Shown here: piece after piece, positions 54,340 through 63,712 of the stretch | How positions within the stretch are numbered: the first letter of the stretch is position 1 | Layout: every line of letters starts with the position of its first letter | Assembly: GCA_964601265.1 (NCBI GenBank) | Contig: CAZRMT010000002.1 | Location: forward strand, 2,560 to 66,559 | DNA from: an uncultured Christensenella sp. | GTDB lineage: Bacteria > Bacillota > Clostridia > Christensenellales > Borkfalkiaceae | Reading direction: 5' to 3' | DNA: 64,000 nucleotides | The notes under the pieces: model-generated | The model's input: the letters and a program-made list of their open reading frames with translations, nothing else | What the model was told of the DNA's origin: nothing | Database searches by the model: none | Translations under genes and position numbers: made by a program

Positions 54340-55570
54340 TTATTCGTCGTAGGAAATAAAACTCATATTAGAAAATACCGTACCTATCGAATATGCGTTA
54401 AATCCGACGCCTATACACTTTTCATTGTCGGCAAAAAGCGAAAGTCCTTCCGTAGCCGTATAAGTGTATACACACTCCCCGTCTAAATATATTTTAATAT
54501 ATTCGGGCATAATTTCTATACCTAAATTAAACGTAAGAGAATCTGTTTCTCCTGAAGAAAACGCTTTATTTTTCGCATAATACTCGCCGAGTTTTCCCTC
54601 GGTAGCTTCCTTATAGCTTATAACCGCAAGCGTACCTTTCGTTCCGTCGGGCTTTCCGCTATAAACGCCGTTGTTTATCGTAGTTAGCGTAAAATTAGAA
54701 TTCGCTTTTGCATTGTGATGCAAGTAATAACAACATATACTGCTATTTGCGTAATCCACCAAGCTTTCGGACGAAGGAACGTAGGCATTGATATACAAGC
54801 CGAGCCTCGTATTGTTTTTATCCGTTATCGTAATATCGGCCAACCATTTTCCGTAACGCCCGCTTATTCCGTCCACGGTTGTAGCGGCTTTAAGTCCCGT
54901 AGAAGTATAAGTTCCTCCGTCCGCACTTATCGTAAAGCCATTTTTACTCGTTTCCTTTTGCTCTTCGATAGCCGTCATTTTAATAAATTTATATTCCGCA
55001 AATAACGTTCCTACGGTAGCGGAAGTAAAACCGACGCCCACGCATTTATCGTTATCGTCAAACAAGCCCAGACCGTCTTTTTCTTCATATTCGATTATCG
55101 TTTCTCCGTCAAGATAAACTTTTATATAAGTATTGAGAACCTCTATTGCCAAATTAAAAGTCAGCGTATTGCTTTCTCCGTCTAAAAACGCTTTGTTTTT
55201 TGCATAATACTCACCTAGTTTTCCCTCGCTAGCCTCGGTATAGCTTTTAACTTTTAAACTACCCGTTGTCCCGTCCGGTTTACCGCCGTAAACGCCGTTG
55301 TTAATCGTCGTTAGCGTAAAGTTGGCGTTTGCTTTTACGTTATGGTGAATATAATAACCGCAAATTTCATTATTTGAAAACAATACCGTTTCTTCGGAAC
55401 GGGGAACAAACGCATTTATAAGCAATCCGACCCTACTGTTAGTAACGTCGCTTATCGTAATATCCGTAGACCATTTCCCGTATTTTCCGCAAAGGTTATC
55501 AATAGTAACCGTGGCATTCTTATCCACGCTTTTATATTTTCCGTCCGAATATGCGTAATAACCGTTATAT
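54340..55570 (-). repeat. Intragenic tandem duplication (two ~0.6-kb copies) encoding LamG-like domains 2 and 3.
   Basis: The protein copies are GKYGKWSTDITISDVTNSRVGLLINAFVP..NFTLTTINNGVYGGKPDGT..GKLGEYYAKNKAF and GRYGKWLADITITDKNNTRLGLYINAYVP..NFTLTTINNGVYSGKPDGT..GKLGEYYAKNKAF. The DNA around 54560-54600 matches that around 55190-55230. Boundaries are approximate. Confidence 0.75.
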
Positions 55571-56718
55571 GAGGCGACTTTTTCAAATTTTGCATATAAA
55601 GTCAAGTCGGAACTTAAACCGTTTGCGTTTATTATTTGCGTATTATAATCTTTATCCGAAAACCACCCGACAAACTCATATCCGTTTTCGGCAAGTTCGG
55701 GAAGATATACTTTTTCGTCTGCGGTATAAAGTCTTTTTTCGACTTCTTTTTCGGTTAAACCGTTTACGTAAGTAGCGACGAAAGTTCTGTTTGAAAACTC
55801 GTTAGCGTTAAACGTTATATTTTTAGCGCAATTACCCGCAACGTTCGTCCTAACGCCCACTTGACTTCCTAAAACCGTACCCAATAATTGCCCGTCATAA
55901 GCAAAAACTTGTGCTCCGTCTATCGACAAAATTGTTTTTGTAGGCGTAAAATCTACCGAAAAAACCGTTGTCAATACTCCGCCGAAATTTTTCCAATTAG
56001 ACCATTTTAATTGCCACGATTGCGGTAAAACGGTTAAAGCAATCGTTTTTAATGCGTTATAATCGCCGTCTTTTACCTTTGCCAGCTGTACTCCGCCGTT
56101 AGTCGGATTTAAATGGAAATACCAGTACTCGCAATCGTTCGTATAAATATAGTCGCTTTCCCCGTATGCCAAATTCCATATTACGCCTATTCCGCTAGTA
56201 GATTCGTTTTTAATATCCAACGTAACCGAAAGCGTGCCGTAATATCCTCCGACTATATTTTTTGCAGGGCGTATCCCTGCCTTTTTTGAAGTATACGTTT
56301 GCGTAGCGTCGTTATAACTCCAACTAAACATTTGTGGCATATCGTATTTTGCATAAAAAGCCATAGAATGAGAGGGCATTACAAAGTTTTCGGAAACGAC
56401 GTTTTCTTGCCACTCGTCAAGCCAACAGACAAACGGTAGCAAATCCCCTTCGTAGACGTAATTTTGAGGTTTTTGCCAAGCGGAAACGTCAACCGTTTCG
56501 CCCGCTTTATATTTTACTACCGTATAATCGTCGTCCGTATAATATAACCTTATATCATACTCGTTTTCAGCATTTCCGCTTAAATCGCTAAACGAATTTG
56601 AACTTTCAACGTCACCGCTTGCCTTATTTGAACTCGAATTACTCTCCGAAACAACCGAACAAGCCGTTAAAGAAAGCATAAAGACAATAAATAAAAAAAC
56701 AATCAATATTTTTTTCAT
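54340..56718 (-). CDS. Lipoprotein with two Flg_new repeats and three LamG/DUF1080-like lectin domains.
   Basis: ATG 56718 has a GGAGGA RBS and gives MKKILIVFLFIVFMLSLTAC (lipobox). The clearer Flg_new signature is FVATYVNGL..YEFVGWFSD..LTLYAKFEK. The last two lectin domains are a tandem duplication. Confidence 0.85.
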   Translation of the reverse strand: MKKILIVFLFIVFMLSLTACSVVSESNSSSNKASGDVESSNSFSDLSGNAENEYDIRLYYTDDDYTVVKYKAGETVDVSAWQKPQNYVYEGDLLPFVCWLDEWQENVVSENFVMPSHSMAFYAKYDMPQMFSWSYNDATQTYTSKKAGIRPAKNIVGGYYGTLSVTLDIKNESTSGIGVIWNLAYGESDYIYTNDCEYWYFHLNPTNGGVQLAKVKDGDYNALKTIALTVLPQSWQLKWSNWKNFGGVLTTVFSVDFTPTKTILSIDGAQVFAYDGQLLGTVLGSQVGVRTNVAGNCAKNITFNANEFSNRTFVATYVNGLTEKEVEKRLYTADEKVYLPELAENGYEFVGWFSDKDYNTQIINANGLSSDLTLYAKFEKVASYNGYYAYSDGKYKSVDKNATVTIDNLCGKYGKWSTDITISDVTNSRVGLLINAFVPRSEETVLFSNNEICGYYIHHNVKANANFTLTTINNGVYGGKPDGTTGSLKVKSYTEASEGKLGEYYAKNKAFLDGESNTLTFNLAIEVLNTYIKVYLDGETIIEYEEKDGLGLFDDNDKCVGVGFTSATVGTLFAEYKFIKMTAIEEQKETSKNGFTISADGGTYTSTGLKAATTVDGISGRYGKWLADITITDKNNTRLGLYINAYVPSSESLVDYANSSICCYYLHHNAKANSNFTLTTINNGVYSGKPDGTKGTLAVISYKEATEGKLGEYYAKNKAFSSGETDSLTFNLGIEIMPEYIKIYLDGECVYTYTATEGLSLFADNEKCIGVGFNAYSIGTVFSNMSFISYDE

Positions 56719-56739
56719 AGCGTTTTCCTCCGCATTTTT

Positions 56740-56768
56740 ATTATACACCAATACTTATAAAATTCTAA
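56740..56768 (-). promoter_or_regulatory. Putative promoter of the island B operon (TTAGAA-17-TATAAT).
   Basis: The -35 is the complement of 56763..56768 and the -10 is the complement of 56740..56745. Confidence 0.45.
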
Positions 56769-56826
56769 AAAAATTATGAATACAACAAAAAACCAAAAGT
56801 ATATTCCAATATTTATTGTAATTCAC

Positions 56827-56855
56827 TTGCTCTTAGTTTAACGTTATGTTATAAT
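56827..56855 (+). promoter_or_regulatory. Putative promoter of the second ArsR-like regulator (TTGCTC-17-TATAAT with TGT upstream).
   Basis: TTGCTC at 56827..56832 and TATAAT at 56850..56855. The TATGTTAYAAT context is shared with the promoter at 12081..12109. Confidence 0.5.
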
Positions 56856-56889
56856 CAAAAAAATTTTAAACGCTTTTTAGGAGAAAAAA

Positions 56890-57918
56890 ATGGATACACC
56901 CGAAAAAATCAAAAATACCCGATTAAAATCGCTTAACCTATACGAGGACGAAGAAAGCATTGCAAACATTGCCTCGGCTTTATCCGTCCCCGCAAGAAGA
57001 AATATTCTAAAACTTATAAATATGTCGAATTATTCTATAAATGAAATTGCAGAAAAGTTAAACATGCCCGTTTCAACCGCATCTTTCCACGTAAAAGTTC
57101 TTGTAAATGCGGGATTGTTAAACTATTCTAACGCAACGAAAAAAATCGGAAACGAAAAAAGGTTAACTTTAAATAATTACCTCTTTACGATATACACGGG
57201 ACAACCCGACGAAAAAGCCTTTCAAAAAAACGAAAAAGTAACTATTGATATTCCGATAGGCAGTTATACAAATTATTCTATCGACGAAACGCCTTGCGGA
57301 ATTACCACCGCCGAAAATATTTTATTGGTTTCCGACTATCCTTGTATTTTTTCTTCTCCACAAAGATTTAAAGCAGGTCTTATTTGGCTTAAAAAAGGTT
57401 TTTTGGAATACTCCGTTCCGTTACTGAATTTTTCAGGCTCTAGCGTCGGCAAAAACAAAGCTATTTATTTTAACGACTTAAAATCGATTACATCATTGTG
57501 TTTCAGTTTTGAGATTTGTTCGGAATACGCCGGCTACAACCACAATTATAAAAGCGATATTACTTTTAGCGTAAACGGAATAGATTTATGCACCTATACA
57601 AGCCTCGGAGATTTCGGAGAAAGGAGAGGTAAACTCACCCCCGAGTGGTGGGCTGACACAAACACGCAATACGGACTACTGCAAAACGTAGATATTCGTT
57701 TTGACGGAACTTACCTAAACGAAAAAAGAGTGTCCGACGTTTGCGTTGAGGATTTAAACGTAACGAGCAACGACGTTTTAATTTTCCGCATTTCCGTAAA
57801 AGACGACGCAAAACACGTAGGCGGATTTAATTTATTCGGAAAAGAGTTCGGCGATTATCCGCAAGACGTAAACCTAACGATAACTTACCAACAACAAACA
57901 AAGAAAATAGAAATATAA
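56890..57918 (+). CDS. ArsR-family winged-helix regulator fused to an unassigned ~220-aa C-terminal domain (copy 2).
   Basis: 342 aa with an AGGAGA RBS. The HTH is IASALSVPARRNILKLINMSNYSINEIAEKLNMPVSTASFHVKVLVNAGLL. The C-terminal blocks are DITFSVNGIDLCTYT, TPEWW, YGLL and AKHVGGFNLFGKEFGDYPQ. Confidence 0.8.
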   Translation: MDTPEKIKNTRLKSLNLYEDEESIANIASALSVPARRNILKLINMSNYSINEIAEKLNMPVSTASFHVKVLVNAGLLNYSNATKKIGNEKRLTLNNYLFTIYTGQPDEKAFQKNEKVTIDIPIGSYTNYSIDETPCGITTAENILLVSDYPCIFSSPQRFKAGLIWLKKGFLEYSVPLLNFSGSSVGKNKAIYFNDLKSITSLCFSFEICSEYAGYNHNYKSDITFSVNGIDLCTYTSLGDFGERRGKLTPEWWADTNTQYGLLQNVDIRFDGTYLNEKRVSDVCVEDLNVTSNDVLIFRISVKDDAKHVGGFNLFGKEFGDYPQDVNLTITYQQQTKKIEI

Positions 57919-57925
57919 AAAATTC

Positions 57926-57951
57926 GGGCGGAAGCAATTTAGCTTCCGCCC
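57926..57951. terminator. Hairpin between convergent genes (probable bidirectional terminator).
   Basis: GGGCGGAAGC-AATTTA-GCTTCCGCCC. Confidence 0.55.
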
Positions 57952-57956
57952 TATCT

Positions 57957-58775
57957 TTAAAACACGTTTTTATGTATTTTTACCTCTTTTCCGTTTAAGT
58001 ACCCCAAAAACGAATCCTTTTCAAAATGAAAAACGATACGATAAGCGAATAATTGCTGATATTTATATTTATATCGCTTATTTATTTCTTCTTTTCCGTA
58101 CTTTCCGTCACCCAAAACGAAATTACCGATAAACGCCATATGACTTCTTATCTGATGAGTTCTTCCCGTAATCAACTTTACTTCGATTAAACTTTTTATT
58201 TCGTCGGTTTTTAAAACTTTATATCCCGTAACGATTTTCAATCGCCCTTTACCCTCGTCCGGGTAAACCTTTAAAAAGGAATTTTTAGAGTCCTTTTTTG
58301 CATAAGCCGTAACCACGTCCTCTTTTTTCGGCGGAACGCCCCACACAAGCGCAAGGTAATATTTTTCAACTGTTCTATTTTTTAACGCTTTAAAAAGTTC
58401 GTTAAACGCTCCGTCGTTTAGCGCAAAAATCATAAGCCCGCCCGTATTTCTATCTAGTCTATGAGTGAATATCGCAGAAGGATAAATCTTTTTCACTTGG
58501 TCAAAATAATCCCTCGATTCTATCCCTTGACGCTTATCGCATATTAAAACGTTTTCGTCTTTATACACCTCTATTATATCTTCGCTTTGCTCCGCAAGAT
58601 AAATTTCGACTTTATCGCCCGACTTTACTAAAACGTTTTTATTTGTCCTTATTCCGTTTATCTTTACGTCTTTTTTTCTTAATGCTTTTTTAAACGCCAC
58701 GTAAGACACGCCTTCATTTAAGGCAATTTGAGAAACTTTTTCTCCCTTTTTTACTATTATGCTTTTTAATACCAT
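57957..58775 (-). CDS. RluA-family pseudouridine synthase with an N-terminal S4-like domain.
   Basis: HRLDRNTGGLMIFA (catalytic Asp motif), GRTHQIRSH and an S4-like VKINGIRTNKNVLVKSGDKVEI. ATG 58775 has an AAGGTGG RBS. Confidence 0.85.
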   Translation of the reverse strand: MVLKSIIVKKGEKVSQIALNEGVSYVAFKKALRKKDVKINGIRTNKNVLVKSGDKVEIYLAEQSEDIIEVYKDENVLICDKRQGIESRDYFDQVKKIYPSAIFTHRLDRNTGGLMIFALNDGAFNELFKALKNRTVEKYYLALVWGVPPKKEDVVTAYAKKDSKNSFLKVYPDEGKGRLKIVTGYKVLKTDEIKSLIEVKLITGRTHQIRSHMAFIGNFVLGDGKYGKEEINKRYKYKYQQLFAYRIVFHFEKDSFLGYLNGKEVKIHKNVF

Positions 58776-60492
58776 AACCCACCTTGGCTATTATCATAAC
58801 AAAAATTACGAAAATAATCAAGAACAAATAATCACCGTTTAAAGTTTTATACGTTAAAAATCCGCCTATATACCCGAAAATGATATTTTTTAAGAAAATG
58901 TTAAGAGAAAATAAAAATCCTTCTTCTTTTCTAAACGAATTCATTGCCACAAAACAAGGCGGAAAAAAGCAAAAGAAAACGCAAAAAGCACAACGGGACG
59001 CAAAAGATAATCCCGCACCGCTGACAGACAGCGCCGAAACAGCCCCGATTACCCCTTCTTTTGCAAACAAACCGCAAAGCACGCTTACCGCGTATCTCCA
59101 ATCGCGAATTCCTAAAGGATAAAAAACAAAACTGATTTTTTTTGCAACAAAACCGAGTAAGCTTTCCGAAATATTATCGCAAACGGTAAAGTTAACGCTA
59201 ACCCCGACGAAAATACTTAACGCCACGGAAATTAACGCAATAATCACCGCGGTTTTTTTCACAAAATCACACGCAGAGTTGAACGATTTTTTTAAAACCG
59301 ATTTTATTTTTGGAAAACAAAGCCTGTCGAGTTCTTTTATAAAATATTCTTTTTCGTCGTTAGTCACCGTAAACCATATAATTAACGCCACAGCCACTGC
59401 CGTTTGCAATAAAAACAACAACGTAACGGCTAAAAAAGAATTTTTAAAAAAAGTTTTACATAAAAAAATAATAACCGTACTTTTTGCCGAACACGGAATT
59501 ACGCTCAATTCTTTTAAGGTTTTTATTTTTGCTTTTTCGTTTTCGCAACTATTGCAAAGTTCACAAGAAAGCGCGGTGCAAGTAACCCCCGAAATTAAAG
59601 GGAACAAGCTTTTACACCCTAGTCCCGACCTATTTAACACGGGAAACATAACCGAAGCCGTACGCTCGGCAAAACCGCTTTCTTCGTACACGTATAAAAA
59701 GCAATTAAGTATTACTATTTGAGGAATAAACGCAAGTACGTCCGACACCCCTTGTATTCCTCCGCATATCACCTTAATTAAAAAACCGCTTAATTTTTTT
59801 TGTTTAAAAAAGTTTCCGCAATATCCGCAAAAACGGTCGCTTTGCAACTTAAAAAAATCCGAACAAAATTTTCCTAAAGAATAATTCCCTACGCAACAAT
59901 ACAAACAGCATAAAGAAAAAACGATAAATATCGCAACGTTAATAAAAGGATTAAGCAAATATTTATCTGCCTTGCAAAAATTATTTTGAAAAAAATCAAC
60001 TCCTTTAATTTTTGTAACTTCTTTTAAGTTTTTTACGCTTTCCTTAAAACGCTTTATATTTTTACCGTCGTATGCGTTTACAACAAAAACGTTTACGCCG
60101 AAAATCTCTTCGCAAAGTTTTACGGTTTTTCTGTCGTTTGATACGGTTTTGCTTAAAACAACGCTAAACTTAAACCCTTTTTCAATAAGTTCCTTGCATA
60201 GTTTCACACTGCCTTCTATATGGCTAGCGTCGATTAATACTATTATCTTTTCTTCTTTTATCTCATTTAATCTTTTAACAGAATTTTTTTCTTCAATAGA
60301 ACTAGCTTTTAAAGAATAAATCCCCGGTAAATCGCTAACGTAAAACTCTTCTCCGTTATATTTATAACTAGACTTTTTTACCACTGCTGTAACGCCGTGC
60401 CAATTTCCCGTTTTTTCGTTTTTATCGCATAAAGCGTTATATAGGCTGGTTTTCCCCGAGTTCGGATTGCCTAGCAAAACATATTCAAACAT
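58714..60492 (-). CDS. feoB: Ferrous iron transporter FeoB.
   Basis: G1 motif LLGNPNSGKTSLYNAL, DLPGIYSL and a Cys-rich polytopic membrane domain; 592 aa. Confidence 0.9.
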   Translation of the reverse strand: MFEYVLLGNPNSGKTSLYNALCDKNEKTGNWHGVTAVVKKSSYKYNGEEFYVSDLPGIYSLKASSIEEKNSVKRLNEIKEEKIIVLIDASHIEGSVKLCKELIEKGFKFSVVLSKTVSNDRKTVKLCEEIFGVNVFVVNAYDGKNIKRFKESVKNLKEVTKIKGVDFFQNNFCKADKYLLNPFINVAIFIVFSLCCLYCCVGNYSLGKFCSDFFKLQSDRFCGYCGNFFKQKKLSGFLIKVICGGIQGVSDVLAFIPQIVILNCFLYVYEESGFAERTASVMFPVLNRSGLGCKSLFPLISGVTCTALSCELCNSCENEKAKIKTLKELSVIPCSAKSTVIIFLCKTFFKNSFLAVTLLFLLQTAVAVALIIWFTVTNDEKEYFIKELDRLCFPKIKSVLKKSFNSACDFVKKTAVIIALISVALSIFVGVSVNFTVCDNISESLLGFVAKKISFVFYPLGIRDWRYAVSVLCGLFAKEGVIGAVSALSVSGAGLSFASRCAFCVFFCFFPPCFVAMNSFRKEEGFLFSLNIFLKNIIFGYIGGFLTYKTLNGDYLFLIIFVIFVMIIAKVGYGIKKHNSKKGRKSFSNCLK

Positions 60493-60694
60493 ACTCTACC
60501 ACAACGTTTTCCGCAACTAAATTTTCCATAACGACGACCTTGCCGTTGGCTATAACGCATTTTATTTTTTTAAACTTAAACGGAATAAAACAAAGAACGT
60601 TTTCGGACAAGCCTAAACGTTCTAACTTTTCTTTAAATCTGTAAATCTTAACTATTTTAAATCTTTTATTTATTAAAGCCGTAGTTATATTCAT
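60485..60694 (-). CDS. feoA: FeoA-like small protein.
   Basis: 69 aa, located immediately upstream of feoB and overlapping it by 8 nt. The composition looks SH3-like. The call is mostly by context. Confidence 0.65.
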   Translation of the reverse strand: MNITTALINKRFKIVKIYRFKEKLERLGLSENVLCFIPFKFKKIKCVIANGKVVVMENLVAENVVVEYV

Positions 60695-60723
60695 AGTAAA
60701 TATTTATGAAAATAAACTCAACT

Positions 60724-61320
60724 TTATTCTTGCGTTTCATTGTAAAGCGTTACGATTTTATCCAACAAAGAGAGTAAATCTTCTTTCCCGTAACCGTTTT
60801 CGCTGGAAACACCTATAACGTTACCCGCTCCCATTTTAAGATAATCGGCAATAACTTTAAGTTGCGGTTTAATTTTTGACTTTCCGAGCTTATCGCATTT
60901 TGTCGCTATAACCGAAAAAGGAATAAGCGTTTTGTGAAAATAGTTAACCATATCGACGTCGTCTGCGGTAGGATTATGTCTTACGTCGACAAGCGATAAT
61001 GCGTGCGTAACTTTCGTAACCGAAAAAAACGCTTCCATGGTTTCTCCCCAACTAATTCTTTCTTCCTTGCTCACCTTTGCAAAACCGTAACCGGGTAAAT
61101 CGGCAAGAATAAAATAACCGAAATCGAAATAGTTTACAAGTCTTGTTCTACCGGGGGTATTACTCGTTCTTGCTAGTTTTTTCTTGTTGGCAAGCATATT
61201 TATAAGCGAACTTTTACCTACGTTTGATTTTCCGCATATGGCAATAACGGGTTTATCGGTTTTTATAAACTGTGCGCTCGTTTTTGCCGAAGTAATAAAT
61301 TCTGCATAGGTTATCTTCAT
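60724..61320 (-). CDS. engB: Ribosome biogenesis GTPase EngB/YsxC.
   Basis: IAICGKSNVGKSSLINML, DLPGYGFAKVSK and TKCDK. Confidence 0.9.
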   Translation of the reverse strand: MKITYAEFITSAKTSAQFIKTDKPVIAICGKSNVGKSSLINMLANKKKLARTSNTPGRTRLVNYFDFGYFILADLPGYGFAKVSKEERISWGETMEAFFSVTKVTHALSLVDVRHNPTADDVDMVNYFHKTLIPFSVIATKCDKLGKSKIKPQLKVIADYLKMGAGNVIGVSSENGYGKEDLLSLLDKIVTLYNETQE

Positions 61321-61335
61321 AATTCACCCTTATTT

Positions 61336-63645
61336 TTAATCCGCAAAAGCGTTTTCGTAAACTTGTCCGTACTCTTTTACAGGAATAAAGTTTAATTCGT
61401 TTCTTATGCTTTCGGGAATTTCTTCTATATCTTTTTCGTTTGCTTTTGGAATGATAATATTCTTAATGCCGATTTTGTAAGAAGCCAACGCTTTTTCTTT
61501 AAGTCCGCCTATAGCAAGCACTCTACCCCTTAAAGTTATTTCACCCGTCATAGAAACGTCGTTCCTTACCTTTTTACCCGATAAAGCCGACACGATAGCC
61601 GTTGCAAGCGTTATACCCGCGCTAGGTCCGTCTTTCGGCGTCGCCCCCTCGGGAACGTGAACGTGAACGTCTTTCGTTTTAAATACGCTTTCTTCTATTC
61701 CGAATTTAGCAAAATTACTCTTTATAAACGAATAAGCCGTTTTTGCGCTTTCTTGCATAACTTCACCGAGTTTACCCGTTAGAATGAGGTCGCCCTTACC
61801 CTCCATAACGTTAACCTCGACGGATAAAGTGGTTCCGCCCACTTGCGTCCAAGCAAGCCCCGTAGCAACTCCTATTTCGCAATCTTCTTCCTTTTCGTCT
61901 TGCGAAAATTTAACGTTACCTAAATATTTTTCAACCGCTTTTTCGTCAATCTTTTTCTTTTTAGCTTTTTTATTCAAGGAATACTCCGTCGCAACTTTTC
62001 TGCAAACGGTGGCGATGGTTCTCTCTAACGTTCTCACCCCCGCCTCTTTCGTGTATCCCTCGATAATTAAGCGTATACCCTCGTCGGTAAAGCTTATAAG
62101 CTTGTCGGTTAAACCGTTTCTTTTTATTTGTCTGGGAATTAAATAACGCTTTGCAATTTCTTCTTTTTCTTGATAAGTATAGCCAGACAAGGAAAGAACT
62201 TCCATTCTGTCCAATAAAGGTTGAGGAATGGTATCCAAACTGTTTGCCGTGGTTACAAACATAACCTTGGACAAGTCGTACGGAATTTCCAAATATCTAT
62301 CTCTAAAAGTAGAATTTTGTTCGGGGTCTAAAACCTCCAACAAAGCGCTTGCGGGGTCACCCCTTAAATCGCTTGAAATCTTGTCTATTTCGTCGAGTAA
62401 GAATACGGGATTATCGCACTTTGCCTCTTTAAGTCCGAAAATAATTCTACCGGGCATTGCGCCTATATAGGTTTTTCTATGCCCTCTTATTTCCGCCTCG
62501 TCTTTAACTCCGCCCAAACTCATTCTAACGAATTTTCTGTTTAAAGCTCTTGCAATAGAACCCGCCACCGAAGTTTTACCAACCCCCGGAGGTCCAACCA
62601 GACAAATAATGGGTCCGTTTAACTTGCCCGTAAGCTTGTAAACCGCTAAATACTCTAAAATTCTGTCTTTTACCTTTTCTAAACCGTAATGTTCCTTTTC
62701 TAAAACTTCTTTTGCGTACTTAACGTCGCAATCGTCGCCAACGCTATTAAACGGTAAATCTATAATCCAGTCTATATACCCTCTTAAAACGGTGTAGTCG
62801 GGAGAAGAAGGGTTCATTTTAGACATACGGAACAATTCTTTTAATACTTTTTCCTCTATTTCTTGAGGCATATTCTTTTGTTTGATTTGTTCTTTTAGCG
62901 ATTCTATTTCGTTTTCGTCGTCCCCGAGTTCACTATGGATAGCCTTTAATTGCTCTCTTAAATAGTATTCCTTTTGGCTCTTATCCATACTTTCCCTAAC
63001 TTTTTCGGCTATTCTTCTCTCAACGTCGACGAATTCGTTAAGTCCTTTTAAGTGTTTAAGCAAAAGCATTAATCTATCGTATAAATCGTCGCTTTCGAGT
63101 ATTTCTTGTTTTTGCTTGTCCGCCAAAGGAACGTTAGTCGTTATTACGTTAACGAAAACGTGAGTTCTGTCGGGGAAGTTTTTAAGAAATTCCGTTTTTG
63201 GACTTTTTTTCTTTTGCGTAGAAGTAAGCGTAGCGAATTCCTCGCTGACAAGTCTGCAAAGAACGTCCGTTTCCTGTGTTGGCTCTCCGCAAAACGGCAA
63301 TAACGTAACGGACGCAACAAACGCACCGTCCTCTTCTTTTACGTTTTTAATTTCAACCCTCTGCTCCGTTGCGACGATTATTCTTTTAGCGCCTTTATCC
63401 AAATTAACGGTTTCCGATATTTTACAAAGCACGCCCGTCCTATATAAACCTTCCGACGTCGGAAATTCTTCGCTTGCGTTTTTCTGCGTTACAACGACTA
63501 AATATCCGTCTTGTTGGTTTGCTTTTTCTATCGCTTTTACCGAATTAACCCTTCCCACGTCTATCGTCGTGCGGTTATCGGGAAAAACCACTATCCCTCT
63601 CAACGCTATAAGAGGGTATTCGTTTGCAAGTATTATCTCACCCAT
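61336..63645 (-). CDS. lon: ATP-dependent Lon protease (LonA).
   Basis: 769 aa: LON N-terminal domain, Walker A GPPGVGKTS and the protease serine motif PKDGPSAGITLATA. Confidence 0.95.
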   Translation of the reverse strand: MGEIILANEYPLIALRGIVVFPDNRTTIDVGRVNSVKAIEKANQQDGYLVVVTQKNASEEFPTSEGLYRTGVLCKISETVNLDKGAKRIIVATEQRVEIKNVKEEDGAFVASVTLLPFCGEPTQETDVLCRLVSEEFATLTSTQKKKSPKTEFLKNFPDRTHVFVNVITTNVPLADKQKQEILESDDLYDRLMLLLKHLKGLNEFVDVERRIAEKVRESMDKSQKEYYLREQLKAIHSELGDDENEIESLKEQIKQKNMPQEIEEKVLKELFRMSKMNPSSPDYTVLRGYIDWIIDLPFNSVGDDCDVKYAKEVLEKEHYGLEKVKDRILEYLAVYKLTGKLNGPIICLVGPPGVGKTSVAGSIARALNRKFVRMSLGGVKDEAEIRGHRKTYIGAMPGRIIFGLKEAKCDNPVFLLDEIDKISSDLRGDPASALLEVLDPEQNSTFRDRYLEIPYDLSKVMFVTTANSLDTIPQPLLDRMEVLSLSGYTYQEKEEIAKRYLIPRQIKRNGLTDKLISFTDEGIRLIIEGYTKEAGVRTLERTIATVCRKVATEYSLNKKAKKKKIDEKAVEKYLGNVKFSQDEKEEDCEIGVATGLAWTQVGGTTLSVEVNVMEGKGDLILTGKLGEVMQESAKTAYSFIKSNFAKFGIEESVFKTKDVHVHVPEGATPKDGPSAGITLATAIVSALSGKKVRNDVSMTGEITLRGRVLAIGGLKEKALASYKIGIKNIIIPKANEKDIEEIPESIRNELNFIPVKEYGQVYENAFAD

Positions 63646-63712
63646 TATATTTTCTCCTTATCGTGTGTTCGTATACGATACGGTCTATTACCGTAAAAAC
63701 GTTATTTCGATT

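Noticed and set aside
56752-56889. A copy of the TACACTTCAAGTGTA operator candidate in the island B divergent promoter region.
   Set aside because: Only weak AT-rich inverted repeats (ATATT-CC-AATAT at 56801..56812) and an isolated CACTTG are present, which is not enough to call a shared operator.
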